DNA of 63,147 bases from Candidatus Micrarchaeota archaeon (lineage in GTDB: Archaea > Micrarchaeota > Micrarchaeia > Anstonellales > Bilamarchaeaceae). This document shows, in pieces, positions 48,940 to 58,841 of this stretch; within the stretch, counting starts at the first letter, position 1; each line of letters starts with the position of its first letter. Under the pieces are notes generated by a model, which made no database searches, was not told the origin of the DNA, and saw nothing but the letters and a program-made list of their open reading frames with translations. The stretch lies in the NCBI GenBank assembly GCA_018812625.1, contig JAHJDH010000012.1, forward strand, positions 1 through 63,147. The letters are read 5' to 3'. Made by a program: the position numbers and the translations under genes.

Positions 48940-48955
48940 TACAGACAAAAGAAAA

Positions 48956-49792
48956 TTATTGCTGACTCACTACAACAACTGATGTCGTTGCACCATACTC
49001 AATTACTCTATCCACGGGAGAAGCTCTCTGTCTTACTGATTCAGAAAGATTCTCTACAAAAGGACCGGTCAACTGGGGGTTCAAGCCTCCAGTTTCAAGC
49101 TGATGGAGAACATTCTCAGGTCTTACTCTACCATCTTTTTCAACTATTGGTGAAAATTCACTTACTTCAAGTGGTCCTGTTCTATTCCCATAAACCCTGA
49201 CAACAAAGTCTCCATTAGTGCCATCCGTAAGTGTAATATTTCGCATTACAGCTCCAATGTATCTTGGCTGACTTGTTTCTGTGTATCTTGGATTTAGAAG
49301 AAGATTTTTATCAACTCCAATCTTCTGATAATGCATCCAATAAAATATTTTGTTTTCTCCAGAAACATTTGCAGTTGCTTTAATCAATCTCATTCCATCT
49401 ACCATTGTTCTTTCATAATCAATTTGAGGTTGTTTACCTGTTCCTCCTGCCAGTGGGATTACGAATACTGCAGCAGTTCCTTTAAGGCCAGAAGCCATTT
49501 CATTTAGTTTTTTGAGAACCGCGTCCCCTCTTCTTCCAGTTGTTAGTACACTCGCAGAAACACCAAGTGTACTTGTGGCTGGCGCCATTTTTGCCTTTGT
49601 TGTTCTTTTTATTTCTGTGTAGCCCTGCTTGGACGAATCGGCTGTAGCCGGTTCCTTTGTTTTCATTCCCGATCCGCAACCAGTAAGCAAACCAACTGTT
49701 CCCAAAACAATTAATCCTTCACTAACTGTCTTTGGAAGTTTAGGCAATTTGTTAATTAGTCTCCTATTTTTTTCTACAATCTTTCTATTCAT
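48956..49792 (-). CDS. Putative lipoprotein, paralog of 49931-51193
   Basis: Lipobox-like LTGC (Cys39); conserved C-terminal domain LLLNPRYTETSQPRY. Confidence 0.85.
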   Translation of the reverse strand: MNRKIVEKNRRLINKLPKLPKTVSEGLIVLGTVGLLTGCGSGMKTKEPATADSSKQGYTEIKRTTKAKMAPATSTLGVSASVLTTGRRGDAVLKKLNEMASGLKGTAAVFVIPLAGGTGKQPQIDYERTMVDGMRLIKATANVSGENKIFYWMHYQKIGVDKNLLLNPRYTETSQPRYIGAVMRNITLTDGTNGDFVVRVYGNRTGPLEVSEFSPIVEKDGRVRPENVLHQLETGGLNPQLTGPFVENLSESVRQRASPVDRVIEYGATTSVVVVSQQ

Positions 49793-49813
49793 TCTACCCC
49801 TCTTTAACTTTTT

Positions 49814-49871
49814 TATACATTATGTATAACTCAATCTATTTAATACAAATGTCCCCCCTTATGGGGACTCA
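49814..49871 (-). promoter_or_regulatory. Palindrome-TATA promoter (GTCCCC-N6-GGGGAC; TTAAATA; GTATA)
   Basis: Matches the elements at 14574-14630 and 51210-51264; 18-nt TATA-GTATA spacer. Confidence 0.55.
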
Positions 49872-49930
49872 TTTTACTTTCGGGGCTTTAAAAAAGTTCA
49901 AAAAATAAGAAAAATAAAAGAAAATTATTG

Positions 49931-51193
49931 CTAGCGTATCAGAACAACTGATGTTGTTGCGCCATACTCATGCACTGTGTCAGTTGGAGAATTTCTTACT
50001 CTTGCTGACTGAGAAAGGTTTCCTGAAAATGGACTGTTTATTTCTGGAACCAAACCTCCTGCTTCAAGCTGATAGAGAACATTCTCAGCTCTTACTCTGC
50101 CATCACTTTCAACTATTGGCGAAAATTCTCTTGTCTGCGAAGGTCTTGTGTTATTCCCATAGACTCTGACAACAAAGTCTCCAGTAGTGCCATCGGTAAG
50201 TGTAACATTCCTCATGACCATTCCACTATATCTTGGTTGGCTTGTTTCTGTGTATCTTGGATTTAGAAGAAGCTGATCATTTCCAACGCTCTGGTAGTGA
50301 AGCCACAAATATGTGCCTTCTCCAGTTACATTTGCAGATATTCTAAGCATCCTCTCCCCATCTACTGAAATTCTCTCATGGTCGATCTGAACCTGCCCGC
50401 CAGATACTACTCCTGATTGAAGTACCATCATTGCTGCGGTTCCTCGAATGTATGGAAGCCTTGAATCTAATTGATCAAGTTCCTGCTCGCTCATTTCAAG
50501 TGTTCGGCCTGCTGCAACAAGAGAATCTGCAATTCTTCTTCCTTCTGCAACATCCCCAGCTGCTCTTTCTGCAGCAGTTCCTTGAAGATTCAAAATTTCA
50601 TGCTGTGCTAAACTTGCTATCACTTCCTCTGTTCCGATAAATCTTACTCTGATCATTCCTGGCGCCAGGTTTGAGATATCACATTCATTTTCCCTGACCA
50701 GTCCCATTGAATTTAATGACTCCCATTCGCCGGTTTCCCTGTTATAATATTCGAATTCCAAGGTAGGGTTTTCCAATCGTATTATCCCAACTGTCATAAC
50801 TGCTTCAATTGCTCTATCGTTTATGCACTCATTCATACTTCCAGATCCTCTACAATCCTCTACTATTCCTTCCATAACCTCTCTGATACTTTCTCCGCCT
50901 GTGCTGGAAGCTGGTTCAAATACAATGACTTCTGCACTCAATGTTCTGCCATCAGCACTTGGAGCAAGTACGACCTGGCTCTCAAGAAGTGCTTCTCTTT
51001 CAGTTAGTGTTGCACCGGATGCTTGCTCTACTCTAGCTGCTGTTGCCATCTTGGCACCACAAGCACCTAGACTTCCAACCATTCCCAAAACAAGCAATCC
51101 TTCACCAATAACTTTTGGAATTTTAGGAAATCGTTTTTTTGATTTCTCTGCATTATTATTCCTTCTACTTTGTTCTAGTTCTCTTCTACCCAT
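49931..51193 (-). CDS. Putative lipoprotein with extra N-terminal domain
   Basis: Lipobox-like LGAC (Cys45); C-terminal ~170 aa paralogous to the downstream gene. Confidence 0.85.
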   Translation of the reverse strand: MGRRELEQSRRNNNAEKSKKRFPKIPKVIGEGLLVLGMVGSLGACGAKMATAARVEQASGATLTEREALLESQVVLAPSADGRTLSAEVIVFEPASSTGGESIREVMEGIVEDCRGSGSMNECINDRAIEAVMTVGIIRLENPTLEFEYYNRETGEWESLNSMGLVRENECDISNLAPGMIRVRFIGTEEVIASLAQHEILNLQGTAAERAAGDVAEGRRIADSLVAAGRTLEMSEQELDQLDSRLPYIRGTAAMMVLQSGVVSGGQVQIDHERISVDGERMLRISANVTGEGTYLWLHYQSVGNDQLLLNPRYTETSQPRYSGMVMRNVTLTDGTTGDFVVRVYGNNTRPSQTREFSPIVESDGRVRAENVLYQLEAGGLVPEINSPFSGNLSQSARVRNSPTDTVHEYGATTSVVLIR

Positions 51194-51209
51194 AATATTC
51201 CCTCTCTTT

Positions 51210-51264
51210 TATACACTACCTATAACCTAACTCTTATTTAATGGGGTGCTTCCCACCAGTGGGA
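51210..51264 (-). promoter_or_regulatory. Palindrome-TATA promoter (TCCCAC-CA-GTGGGA; TTAAATA; GTATA)
   Basis: Third copy of the architecture; 20-nt spacer. Confidence 0.5.
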
Positions 51265-51340
51265 TACAGAGCACCTTCTATTTCTGGTTTCTCCCTGGCT
51301 TTTCGCAAATCTTAAAACAAGCAACATTCATCTTTACCTT

Positions 51341-52312
51341 ATGCACAAGATGACAAACCTCGAATATTCATTCATAACTTCTGAACTATCAGCACTAGTA
51401 GTTGGAAAACACTTTTCCAGGATCAGAAAAGTTGGTGATGGGATTTACCGAATGAAAATAGGAACCTTCGAAATTCTTTGCGAGCTTGGAGTTCGTCTTC
51501 ATACTACTAAATATATGGAAGATCCACAGCCTCATGACAAGTTTGTTCAAAAACTGGAAAAAGAACTTGATAATGCAAAACTCCTTGAAATAAAACAAAT
51601 CAACAGCGACAGAATAATCTCATTCGATTTCGATCGTGCAAGTTTAGTATTTGAAATGTTTGGAAAGGGCAATATTATTCTCGTTAAAGAAGGAACAACT
51701 GTTGCTGCATTCAAATATGAAACCTGGTCAGATCGTGAAATTAAAGTTGGCAGCCCCTACAAGTCTCCAAGTAATGTCCCAATGGAAAAACTAGTTCCAT
51801 CTGATAAGTACATCATTGTATCGCTAATGAAGCTTCCTCTTGGAAAGGAATATGTTCAGGAAGCTCTTCTTCGATCTAGCATTGAAGAGAAAACCCCCGG
51901 ATCCAAACTTACCCCAGAGCAACTAGCCGAGCTTGAGAAACAACTTGAGATTATAAAATCCTCAACTTCTCCTCATCTTTACAAAAGTGGAGAAAAACCA
52001 ATCGCATTTTCATTGACTAGTATAACGCCTCTCTCTGAATTTACTTGCGAAGAAACAAACTCTTTGAGCGAGGCTGCAGATGAATATTACAAGAATGTGG
52101 ATGCTCCAAATGTAGATCTTGAAAAACTACAAAAGCGCCTTGAAAAGCAAAATGAGCGGGTAGAGCTTCTAAAGCAGGAAGAGATCGCCTATAAAGAAAA
52201 AGGCGATTACATATACGCTCATTATATGGAAGTCCAGCAAGTGCTCGAAGAAGCTAAAGCTGGAAAAGGAGAATTAAATAAAAAAGAAAAATCAGTTGAA
52301 GCAGAAATCTAA
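51341..52312 (+). CDS. rqcH: NFACT-N (Rqc2/RqcH) protein, N-terminal half only
   Basis: SDRII and EMFGKGNIIL motifs, HhH region, coiled coil KLQKRLEKQ; stops before the NFACT-R domain. Confidence 0.8.
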   Translation: MHKMTNLEYSFITSELSALVVGKHFSRIRKVGDGIYRMKIGTFEILCELGVRLHTTKYMEDPQPHDKFVQKLEKELDNAKLLEIKQINSDRIISFDFDRASLVFEMFGKGNIILVKEGTTVAAFKYETWSDREIKVGSPYKSPSNVPMEKLVPSDKYIIVSLMKLPLGKEYVQEALLRSSIEEKTPGSKLTPEQLAELEKQLEIIKSSTSPHLYKSGEKPIAFSLTSITPLSEFTCEETNSLSEAADEYYKNVDAPNVDLEKLQKRLEKQNERVELLKQEEIAYKEKGDYIYAHYMEVQQVLEEAKAGKGELNKKEKSVEAEI

Positions 52313-52704
52313 TATGCTTCATTAGTAACCAATTTCTCAGCAAGAATAGTTGATGCTCTCTTTGGCTTATCGACCTTTATTGAAACAAGAGCATGCTTGT
52401 CATCCTTTGCAATAGTTTTTGAAGTTTCAACTGTCACTCCCTCATGAGCAAGCTTTTCAAGCAATCCGCCCATTTCTGCAAGATTAAGTTTCACAATTAA
52501 GCTATGTAGCTCAATCTCATATCCAGCAGCAGTCAGAACTTTCTTGCTTTTTTCTGGATCTGATACCTCCATGCAAATTACTGCTTTTTTTGATACTACT
52601 GCGACATTGATCGAATCAATGTTTATTTTTGATTTAGCAAGAACATATGATATGTCTGCAAGCAATCCTACCTTATCTTCTGAAATAATCGCGATTGATC
52701 TCAT
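52309..52704 (-). CDS. ACT-domain protein
   Basis: EDKVGLLADISYVLAKSKINIDSI; tandem ACT pattern. Confidence 0.85.
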   Translation of the reverse strand: MRSIAIISEDKVGLLADISYVLAKSKINIDSINVAVVSKKAVICMEVSDPEKSKKVLTAAGYEIELHSLIVKLNLAEMGGLLEKLAHEGVTVETSKTIAKDDKHALVSIKVDKPKRASTILAEKLVTNEAY

Positions 52705-52715
52705 ATTTTCCACCC

Positions 52716-53012
52716 CTAAATTTTGTAAATTTGGATATATGGCGTTTCTTTTATATACATGACGTCTTCCTCATTGATCATGCCAAGCTCAAGTGCAACC
52801 CCTACTGCTTTGGTTCCAACCAAATTAGCTGATTGAAAATCCCCAAGAATTTTGCGAACGCCATTCTCATCGGTTTGCTCTCCTACATAAAATCTCTTGT
52901 GTGTCTCCAGATCAAGATATTTGTCCCCTTCCTCAAGAACCTTTCCAATAAGTTCCCTATCGCAGATTGCAATGACCTTTCCATTTGCATTTTCGTGTAT
53001 TTTTAAGTACAT
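52716..53012 (-). CDS. DUF424 family protein
   Basis: VIAICDRELIGK, FYVGE, ANLVGTKAV. Confidence 0.85.
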   Translation of the reverse strand: MYLKIHENANGKVIAICDRELIGKVLEEGDKYLDLETHKRFYVGEQTDENGVRKILGDFQSANLVGTKAVGVALELGMINEEDVMYIKETPYIQIYKI

Positions 53013-53022
53013 AAACATCACC

Positions 53023-54120
53023 TTACAGATATTTCATTGCTATTTCCTGATAAATATCTTTCCATAAATATATTTCATCAACCGGAACGAATTCGTTCTT
53101 TCTATGAAGGGTTCTCTCTCCTTTTTCATCAATTCCGCATGGTCCACCTTTTACAGTTGGAATATCCAGTTTTGTAAAATATCTTCCATCACATGCTCCA
53201 AGTGAGTATCTGAGTTCTAGCTTTTTTCCATATGCCTTTTCAGCAACTTTGAGGGATGTTTGAACCAGTTCATGATTTGGTGCAGTATACATCCCATTGC
53301 TCCTGTGCAATATATTTATTTCATCAAAATGTTTTTTGAGATATTCTATTACCTCTTGAGGATCCCTTTCTCTTGGCATTCTTATATCAAGCTTCGCAGA
53401 ACATTCTGCAGGGATTATGTTGGGTGCCTTTCCACCTGATATCACTCCGACATTACAGCTTGTAACAGATTCAATTTCTTCTTTTTTGCATGTAAATTTC
53501 AGGTACCCCTCAACAGCAAGTCTCTGAAGCGTTCTGCTCATTTTCATAATTGCATTGCTTCCAGTATAAACTCTTGAGCCATGAGCACTTTTTCCATACA
53601 TAATTGCATCGACTCTCATCAATGACTTGTGCTCATTACTGATACTCATTCCACTGGGCTCTCCAATAAACATACGTTTTGCGAATTTCTTTTTCTCAAC
53701 TAAAACCTTGGTTCCATTGGTCCCCTGGATCTCTTCATCACCAACTGCCTGGAAAATGATCTTTTTCTTTGGATTTAGCTTTCCAATATCAATAAACGCA
53801 CAAAGCATTGCAGCAAGGCCTCCCTTCATATCAGTTGAACCTAGTCCATAGAGTTTGCCATGTTTAACTGTTGGTTGCAGTGGATCACGCGCCCAGTCAT
53901 CATCCGGAGGAACTGTATCATAGTGTCCATTGAATCCAAAAACCGCAGTTCCTTTTCCATATTCTGCATGGATGTTCTTTACGCCTTCATGTTCTATGAC
54001 CTCGACTTTAGCACCAGCAGAATCAAGAATTTCTTTAAGATAATAAAACGGCTCATCTGCTCCATCATAGCTCTTTAGCGAAATTAGTTTTTCTGTGATT
54101 TTCAATGGATCATGCTTCAT
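53023..54120 (-). CDS. M20 family metallopeptidase/deacylase (ArgE/DapE-like)
   Basis: NGHYDTVP, GLGSTDMKGG, DEE, GEPS, SAHGS, LHRKNE. Confidence 0.9.
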   Translation of the reverse strand: MKHDPLKITEKLISLKSYDGADEPFYYLKEILDSAGAKVEVIEHEGVKNIHAEYGKGTAVFGFNGHYDTVPPDDDWARDPLQPTVKHGKLYGLGSTDMKGGLAAMLCAFIDIGKLNPKKKIIFQAVGDEEIQGTNGTKVLVEKKKFAKRMFIGEPSGMSISNEHKSLMRVDAIMYGKSAHGSRVYTGSNAIMKMSRTLQRLAVEGYLKFTCKKEEIESVTSCNVGVISGGKAPNIIPAECSAKLDIRMPRERDPQEVIEYLKKHFDEINILHRSNGMYTAPNHELVQTSLKVAEKAYGKKLELRYSLGACDGRYFTKLDIPTVKGGPCGIDEKGERTLHRKNEFVPVDEIYLWKDIYQEIAMKYL

Positions 54121-54155
54121 GAAATAAATTTATTCATGTACTGTTTTATAGCTAT

Positions 54156-54974
54156 ATGAAATATGTCATTTTACTTACCCTGATGCTTATTCTAGGATGC
54201 ACTACGCAGTCATTACCCGAGCCCAACACAACAATCAACGATACATCTAACATAACCATAAATGATACTCGACTTAGCAACATCTCATCATTTGAAGAAT
54301 GCGTAGCAGCTGGCAATCCTGTTATGGAATCATATCCAAGGCAATGCCGCTCTGGAGCCCAAACATTTGTCTCACTCGATGATTTATTCCAGGTCAACAA
54401 AGATACGCGCTGCAATGAAAATCCAGACTGCATTCTTGTCGACGAATCCTTGGGATTCCCATGCTGCTGGGTAGGCGCCTGTGCTCAAATCAACTACTCT
54501 CAGGACAAATGGATTGCAGTAAACGGCACCTGGTTTGGGCTTCAGAAAAACAAATATTGCACAAATGACTGTGGACCTGCACCTGGCTGTCCGATCCAAT
54601 TAGTCAATGACAGCTTTGAGGCAATTTGCAGTAATGGCTTCTGTGAAAAAGTCGAATCATCACTTATGAATCAGTCGAACCTATCTGAAGTGCCTGAGAA
54701 TGCATCGAATAAAACCATGAGGATAGAAGAATTGAAATTCGGCCAATACTCACTTGTTCTTGACGATGTGGTTCTGCCTGCATATGACGCAACATGCGGT
54801 GCATTCCGTGTGATTGATAAAAATGGTTCGACTATAGATAACCTGCTAATTTGCGAGCAGCGCTCAAAGAACTGGGTTTCTCCAGACGGCCACCAGTATC
54901 GTATCCTAGTTGTTAAAGTAGCTGCAGGATATTCACATCAGGCAGCATGGGCAGATGTGAGAATCTACGGCTAA
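54156..54974 (+). CDS. Cys-rich putative lipoprotein/surface protein
   Basis: LILGC lipobox-like signal; SFEECVAAGNPVMESYPRQC module and further Cys-rich module; N-glycosylation sequons. Confidence 0.82.
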   Translation: MKYVILLTLMLILGCTTQSLPEPNTTINDTSNITINDTRLSNISSFEECVAAGNPVMESYPRQCRSGAQTFVSLDDLFQVNKDTRCNENPDCILVDESLGFPCCWVGACAQINYSQDKWIAVNGTWFGLQKNKYCTNDCGPAPGCPIQLVNDSFEAICSNGFCEKVESSLMNQSNLSEVPENASNKTMRIEELKFGQYSLVLDDVVLPAYDATCGAFRVIDKNGSTIDNLLICEQRSKNWVSPDGHQYRILVVKVAAGYSHQAAWADVRIYG

Positions 54975-55633
54975 AGCAAACCTGCAATTGAGTTCAAGCT
55001 CAGCATGAAGAACATGCTTACAACAACCAGGAAGAATAGCAAGTTTGCAATCTTCATCAGGCCCATTACGTCCTGAACCGTCTTTTTAGTTTGTCCAAGC
55101 TCAAACCTTTGCGTTTCAATGTCATTTTTCATTTGCGATATCGAATCTTTGAGGTCAAAAATATTTTCCTTATGCTCATCAAAATCAGTCGAATCCAACT
55201 CTGATGAGGATTCTTTTAGAGAATCAGCTGCACTGTCAAGCTCGCTTGTATCAATGCCAATGGATATCCCAGGAATGCTAAGAATTGCAAGGGAATCTGA
55301 AATTCCTATAAGAGCATCAGCAGTGGAAGAGAGGCCATCAGAAAGCGGTCTTAGAGAGTCATCCAAATCCCCAATGGTTTTGTCTGCAGCATCAAGCTCG
55401 TTTTCTATTCCTCCCAATGTCTCTTCCACATCAACAAGGCTTTGTTGTATGCCTTCAATATTCTTTGTTATCGACTGCTCTGTCTTGTCAAGCGCATCAT
55501 GGATAAGAAACGTGAAAATCATAAGTATGAATGAGCCTACAAGAGCTATTACTAGTGAAAGTGCTCTAAGTGGTTTTTTCCACCTGCTAATCCAATTATC
55601 GTTCTGCTCCGGCTCCAGTTTCTTCTTGGCCAT
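54971..55633 (-). CDS. Coiled-coil protein with N- and C-terminal TM helices
   Basis: Two hydrophobic ends around an acidic heptad region. Confidence 0.8.
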   Translation of the reverse strand: MAKKKLEPEQNDNWISRWKKPLRALSLVIALVGSFILMIFTFLIHDALDKTEQSITKNIEGIQQSLVDVEETLGGIENELDAADKTIGDLDDSLRPLSDGLSSTADALIGISDSLAILSIPGISIGIDTSELDSAADSLKESSSELDSTDFDEHKENIFDLKDSISQMKNDIETQRFELGQTKKTVQDVMGLMKIANLLFFLVVVSMFFMLSLNSIAGLL

Positions 55634-55733
55634 ATCAGGGATACGACTGCATTTCTTTTATTTCTTACTTTATGCAGGTATTACTATTGTTTTGGAGCAC
55701 AAAACACAGTTAATTAGATAAAAAAAGAAAAAA

Positions 55734-57554
55734 TTATTCTTCATTCAGGAAAAGAACATCGTCCCATGGATGCCTATATAGCGGAGCTTTCAGTCTCTTT
55801 TGATCAAGCACATGGCCAATAAGTCCTATGCTTCTAGCAAGAACAAAAAGCCCATTCAGATAGCCTATTTCAACAATTTCATCCGTATCCTTTTTGCTGA
55901 AGCATTCACAGCTTGACATCATATCAAGGAACAAAATCCCGATACACCCATCAACATTGAGAATAAGGTTATTTGCTTTTTTGAGTGTTTCTGCCTCAAC
56001 CGAAAGTGCAAAATCAAGATACTTTGTTTCTGGGAAATTCTTCTTTGCATAATCCTTGAGCAGTTCAACTCTCTTGTCTGGGTTCTTTGCACTTTTGATT
56101 CTGTGACCGATTCCAGGAATCCTTTTGTTCTTGTTTTTCATTTCAGCTACAAATTCATCTGCACTAAGTCCCCTGTCGCATGCATCCTTGAAGTATCTTG
56201 CAGCATCATCAATAGCTCCTCCAAATCTTGGTCCAATAGTAAGAAGTCCGCTGGCAACTGATGAAACCAAATCTTTTCCTGCTCTGGAAGCTACTATTGC
56301 ATTGTGCGCTCCAGAAACACATGGCCCGTGTTCTGCTGCAATAATAAGGACCAGTTCAATGAATTTTGAACCGTATCTCGGTATTTTTTTCTTAAACCAA
56401 AGAAGTGAAATCACATCTCCGATTCCAGAATCGTTCTCGATAATTTCACTGATCGGAACCCCGCCATATGTAACTTCCTCCCCACGGTCATCTGAAATTG
56501 TACAAACAAAATTTGATGGTTTTCTGACTATCCCGGCAGATACTGCTGCTTTATAGTCCATTGGAAGCATTGGCGGCTCAACCTCTTTTGCCGGGCTTAT
56601 CGTCCCATCTTTTACAAGTTCCTGATATACTTCTGCGATTTTTTTATCAAGATCCTCAAATGAATTTGGAACAGCAATTCCAGCTTCTGCAAGAGCTTTG
56701 TTCTTTGCTTCTGCAGTTTCAAGCTCTGCTCCGCTTTTAGCTCCTGCATGGCCAAATTGAACATCGCTTGGGAATACCTTTGCACATGTTCCAGTAACCC
56801 ATGCAACCATTGGCTTTTTCAGTTTTCCTTGTTTTTTGGCTTCAACAATTGTGTATTCATCCTTTCCGCCAAGCTCTCCCAGCATTACTATCATTTTTAC
56901 TTCTGGCATTTGTTCAAAGCGAAGGGCATGTTCAAGAAGTGTGCTTCCAGGGTATGCATCTCCTCCAACTGCAATTCCTTCAAAAAGTCCATCTGTTGTC
57001 ATTGCAAGCATGTTGTACATTTCATTAGATAGTCCACCTGATTTTGATACAAATCCAACAGAACCGGGTCTATGCAATTTGCATGCAATAATATTGTCAA
57101 CAGTTCCGGCAGTGTTCCCAATCTTAAATGCCCCTGCCTGAATTCCTCCAACTGTTGCGGGGCCAATAATCATCTTATTTCTCTTCTTTGAGTAATCAAT
57201 CAGCTCACGAGCCATTCTCTCTGGAATTCCCTCAGCAATAATTACCACAGTATTGATAGTGTCCTGTTCCAGTGCCTTTTTTGAAGAATCATAAGCACTT
57301 CTAAATGATGCAAAGTTGATCAGTACATCTGCATCAGTTTGATCTTTACATGCTTCTTCTATTGATGGATAAATTGGCAACAGTATTTCCACTCCTCCGA
57401 AAAATGCCTTGTGAAGTCCTGTGCTTCCAGGGGTAATCAATCCTGCAATGCTGGGTTTTTCTCTTTTGCAAATATAGTCAAAATCAAGCATTCTCTGAAC
57501 TGGGTTTGCCTTGAAATTATATATCAAAGCACGAGTGTCTTTTGTAAATTTCAT
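55734..57554 (-). CDS. aclA: ATP-citrate lyase alpha subunit
   Basis: IAEGIPE, SKSGG, FGHAGA phospho-His, citrate-synthase-like AEHGP, PRFGGA, PGIGHR, LNVDG. Confidence 0.95.
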   Translation of the reverse strand: MKFTKDTRALIYNFKANPVQRMLDFDYICKREKPSIAGLITPGSTGLHKAFFGGVEILLPIYPSIEEACKDQTDADVLINFASFRSAYDSSKKALEQDTINTVVIIAEGIPERMARELIDYSKKRNKMIIGPATVGGIQAGAFKIGNTAGTVDNIIACKLHRPGSVGFVSKSGGLSNEMYNMLAMTTDGLFEGIAVGGDAYPGSTLLEHALRFEQMPEVKMIVMLGELGGKDEYTIVEAKKQGKLKKPMVAWVTGTCAKVFPSDVQFGHAGAKSGAELETAEAKNKALAEAGIAVPNSFEDLDKKIAEVYQELVKDGTISPAKEVEPPMLPMDYKAAVSAGIVRKPSNFVCTISDDRGEEVTYGGVPISEIIENDSGIGDVISLLWFKKKIPRYGSKFIELVLIIAAEHGPCVSGAHNAIVASRAGKDLVSSVASGLLTIGPRFGGAIDDAARYFKDACDRGLSADEFVAEMKNKNKRIPGIGHRIKSAKNPDKRVELLKDYAKKNFPETKYLDFALSVEAETLKKANNLILNVDGCIGILFLDMMSSCECFSKKDTDEIVEIGYLNGLFVLARSIGLIGHVLDQKRLKAPLYRHPWDDVLFLNEE

Positions 57555-57555
57555 A

Positions 57556-58836
57556 TTATGCACCTTTTACATATTCCATGGCCAGCGGAACAATTTTTGT
57601 CATGTGAGTCTCTGGTCCATAAACTTCAATTGGGATACCAAGTTCCTCTCCAAGTGCGCGCATAAGCGCCAAGCCTTTTTGATAATTGGGTCCACCACGC
57701 CTTACATATATCCGAACTCCGGCTTTCTTCATTTTGTCTTTGTATTCTCTTAGAGCCTGGATGATTCCTTTGAATGTTTTTGCAACATCTGTAAAGTTTG
57801 CAATTCCGCCGCCAATAATAAGTGCACGTGGTTTTCCATCTTCATTTCTTGTTGCAAGATCAAGAATGGTTTTTGCATAAAGATATGTTTCTTCAGTATT
57901 TGGATTTCCACTATATTCGCCATAGTTTGCAAGTTCTGCCTCCATTCCAAGATCTACTATTGTATCTGCATAAATTACACTTGCGCCTCCTCCAGCAACC
58001 ATTGTCCAGATTCTTCCTTCTGGATTCAATATGGTGAGCTTTAGTGAAGCGCCGCTTTTGCTATCAAGATCAGATATGAACTGTTCTTCAGGATATAATT
58101 TCCTTCCAAATGGCCTTGGGAATTCAATATCCCCCCACTTTTTTTCTGATTTGTATGCTGCAGTGTCATCAAGCTCTCCCCTCGCATCAAGCGGGAACGG
58201 ATTTCCATCTGCATCATATGTAAATGGGTTGAACTCGAGTAATGTGAAATCAAGTTCCTTGAAAACCTTGTACACAGCTTCAATGAATTCTGCTGTTTTT
58301 ATCTTCTGCTCTGCAGGGATATTTCCAGGAAGTTTTTCTTCAATCTCCTTTGCAGATAATTCTGCTTCTGTTGGAACTTGGAATGTTATAACTTTGTCCC
58401 AATTCTCCTCGATTGCAACCCCACCGGCTGGTGAGAAATTAATCGTATCTTCATTTCGTCCAGGTGTGATCGAAAGGTAGTGCTCCTCTGTATGCTTGAC
58501 AAATGGTTCAACAATAAAATGAGTGATTGCCCCCTTTGCTTTTCCAATTTCTATATCCTGTCCCATTTTTTCTTTGATAAAAGCTTTGGCATCGTTCCAT
58601 GTTCCATCAAGCAAAACAAGTTTGTTTGCACCACGTTTTCCAAACAGCATATCTGGTTTTACAACTAATGATGTTTCTGCTAGCCAGCTATTCTCCTTTA
58701 GTAGTGCTTCCATATCAGTGTTTGGAGATATTTGAGCGCATTTGCCGTTGTACTTCACTTTCCCATTGCTCACTATCTCTAAATATTTTGCAAGCAACTT
58801 TTTCGAATTGAATTCACGAATTTTTCTTCTTGCCAT
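57556..58836 (-). CDS. aclB: ATP-citrate lyase beta subunit
   Basis: ATP-grasp VVKPDMLFGKRG, AGGGASVIYADT, NYGEYSGNP, GGGIANFTDVA, RRGGPNY. Confidence 0.95.
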   Translation of the reverse strand: MARRKIREFNSKKLLAKYLEIVSNGKVKYNGKCAQISPNTDMEALLKENSWLAETSLVVKPDMLFGKRGANKLVLLDGTWNDAKAFIKEKMGQDIEIGKAKGAITHFIVEPFVKHTEEHYLSITPGRNEDTINFSPAGGVAIEENWDKVITFQVPTEAELSAKEIEEKLPGNIPAEQKIKTAEFIEAVYKVFKELDFTLLEFNPFTYDADGNPFPLDARGELDDTAAYKSEKKWGDIEFPRPFGRKLYPEEQFISDLDSKSGASLKLTILNPEGRIWTMVAGGGASVIYADTIVDLGMEAELANYGEYSGNPNTEETYLYAKTILDLATRNEDGKPRALIIGGGIANFTDVAKTFKGIIQALREYKDKMKKAGVRIYVRRGGPNYQKGLALMRALGEELGIPIEVYGPETHMTKIVPLAMEYVKGA

Positions 58837-58841
58837 AAAAT

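Noticed and set aside
49813-49829. TTATACAT-T-ATGTATAA palindrome superficially like a loxP core
   Set aside because: Lacks 13-bp recombinase arms, no partner site or recombinase; overlaps the predicted start site, so more likely an operator or chance.
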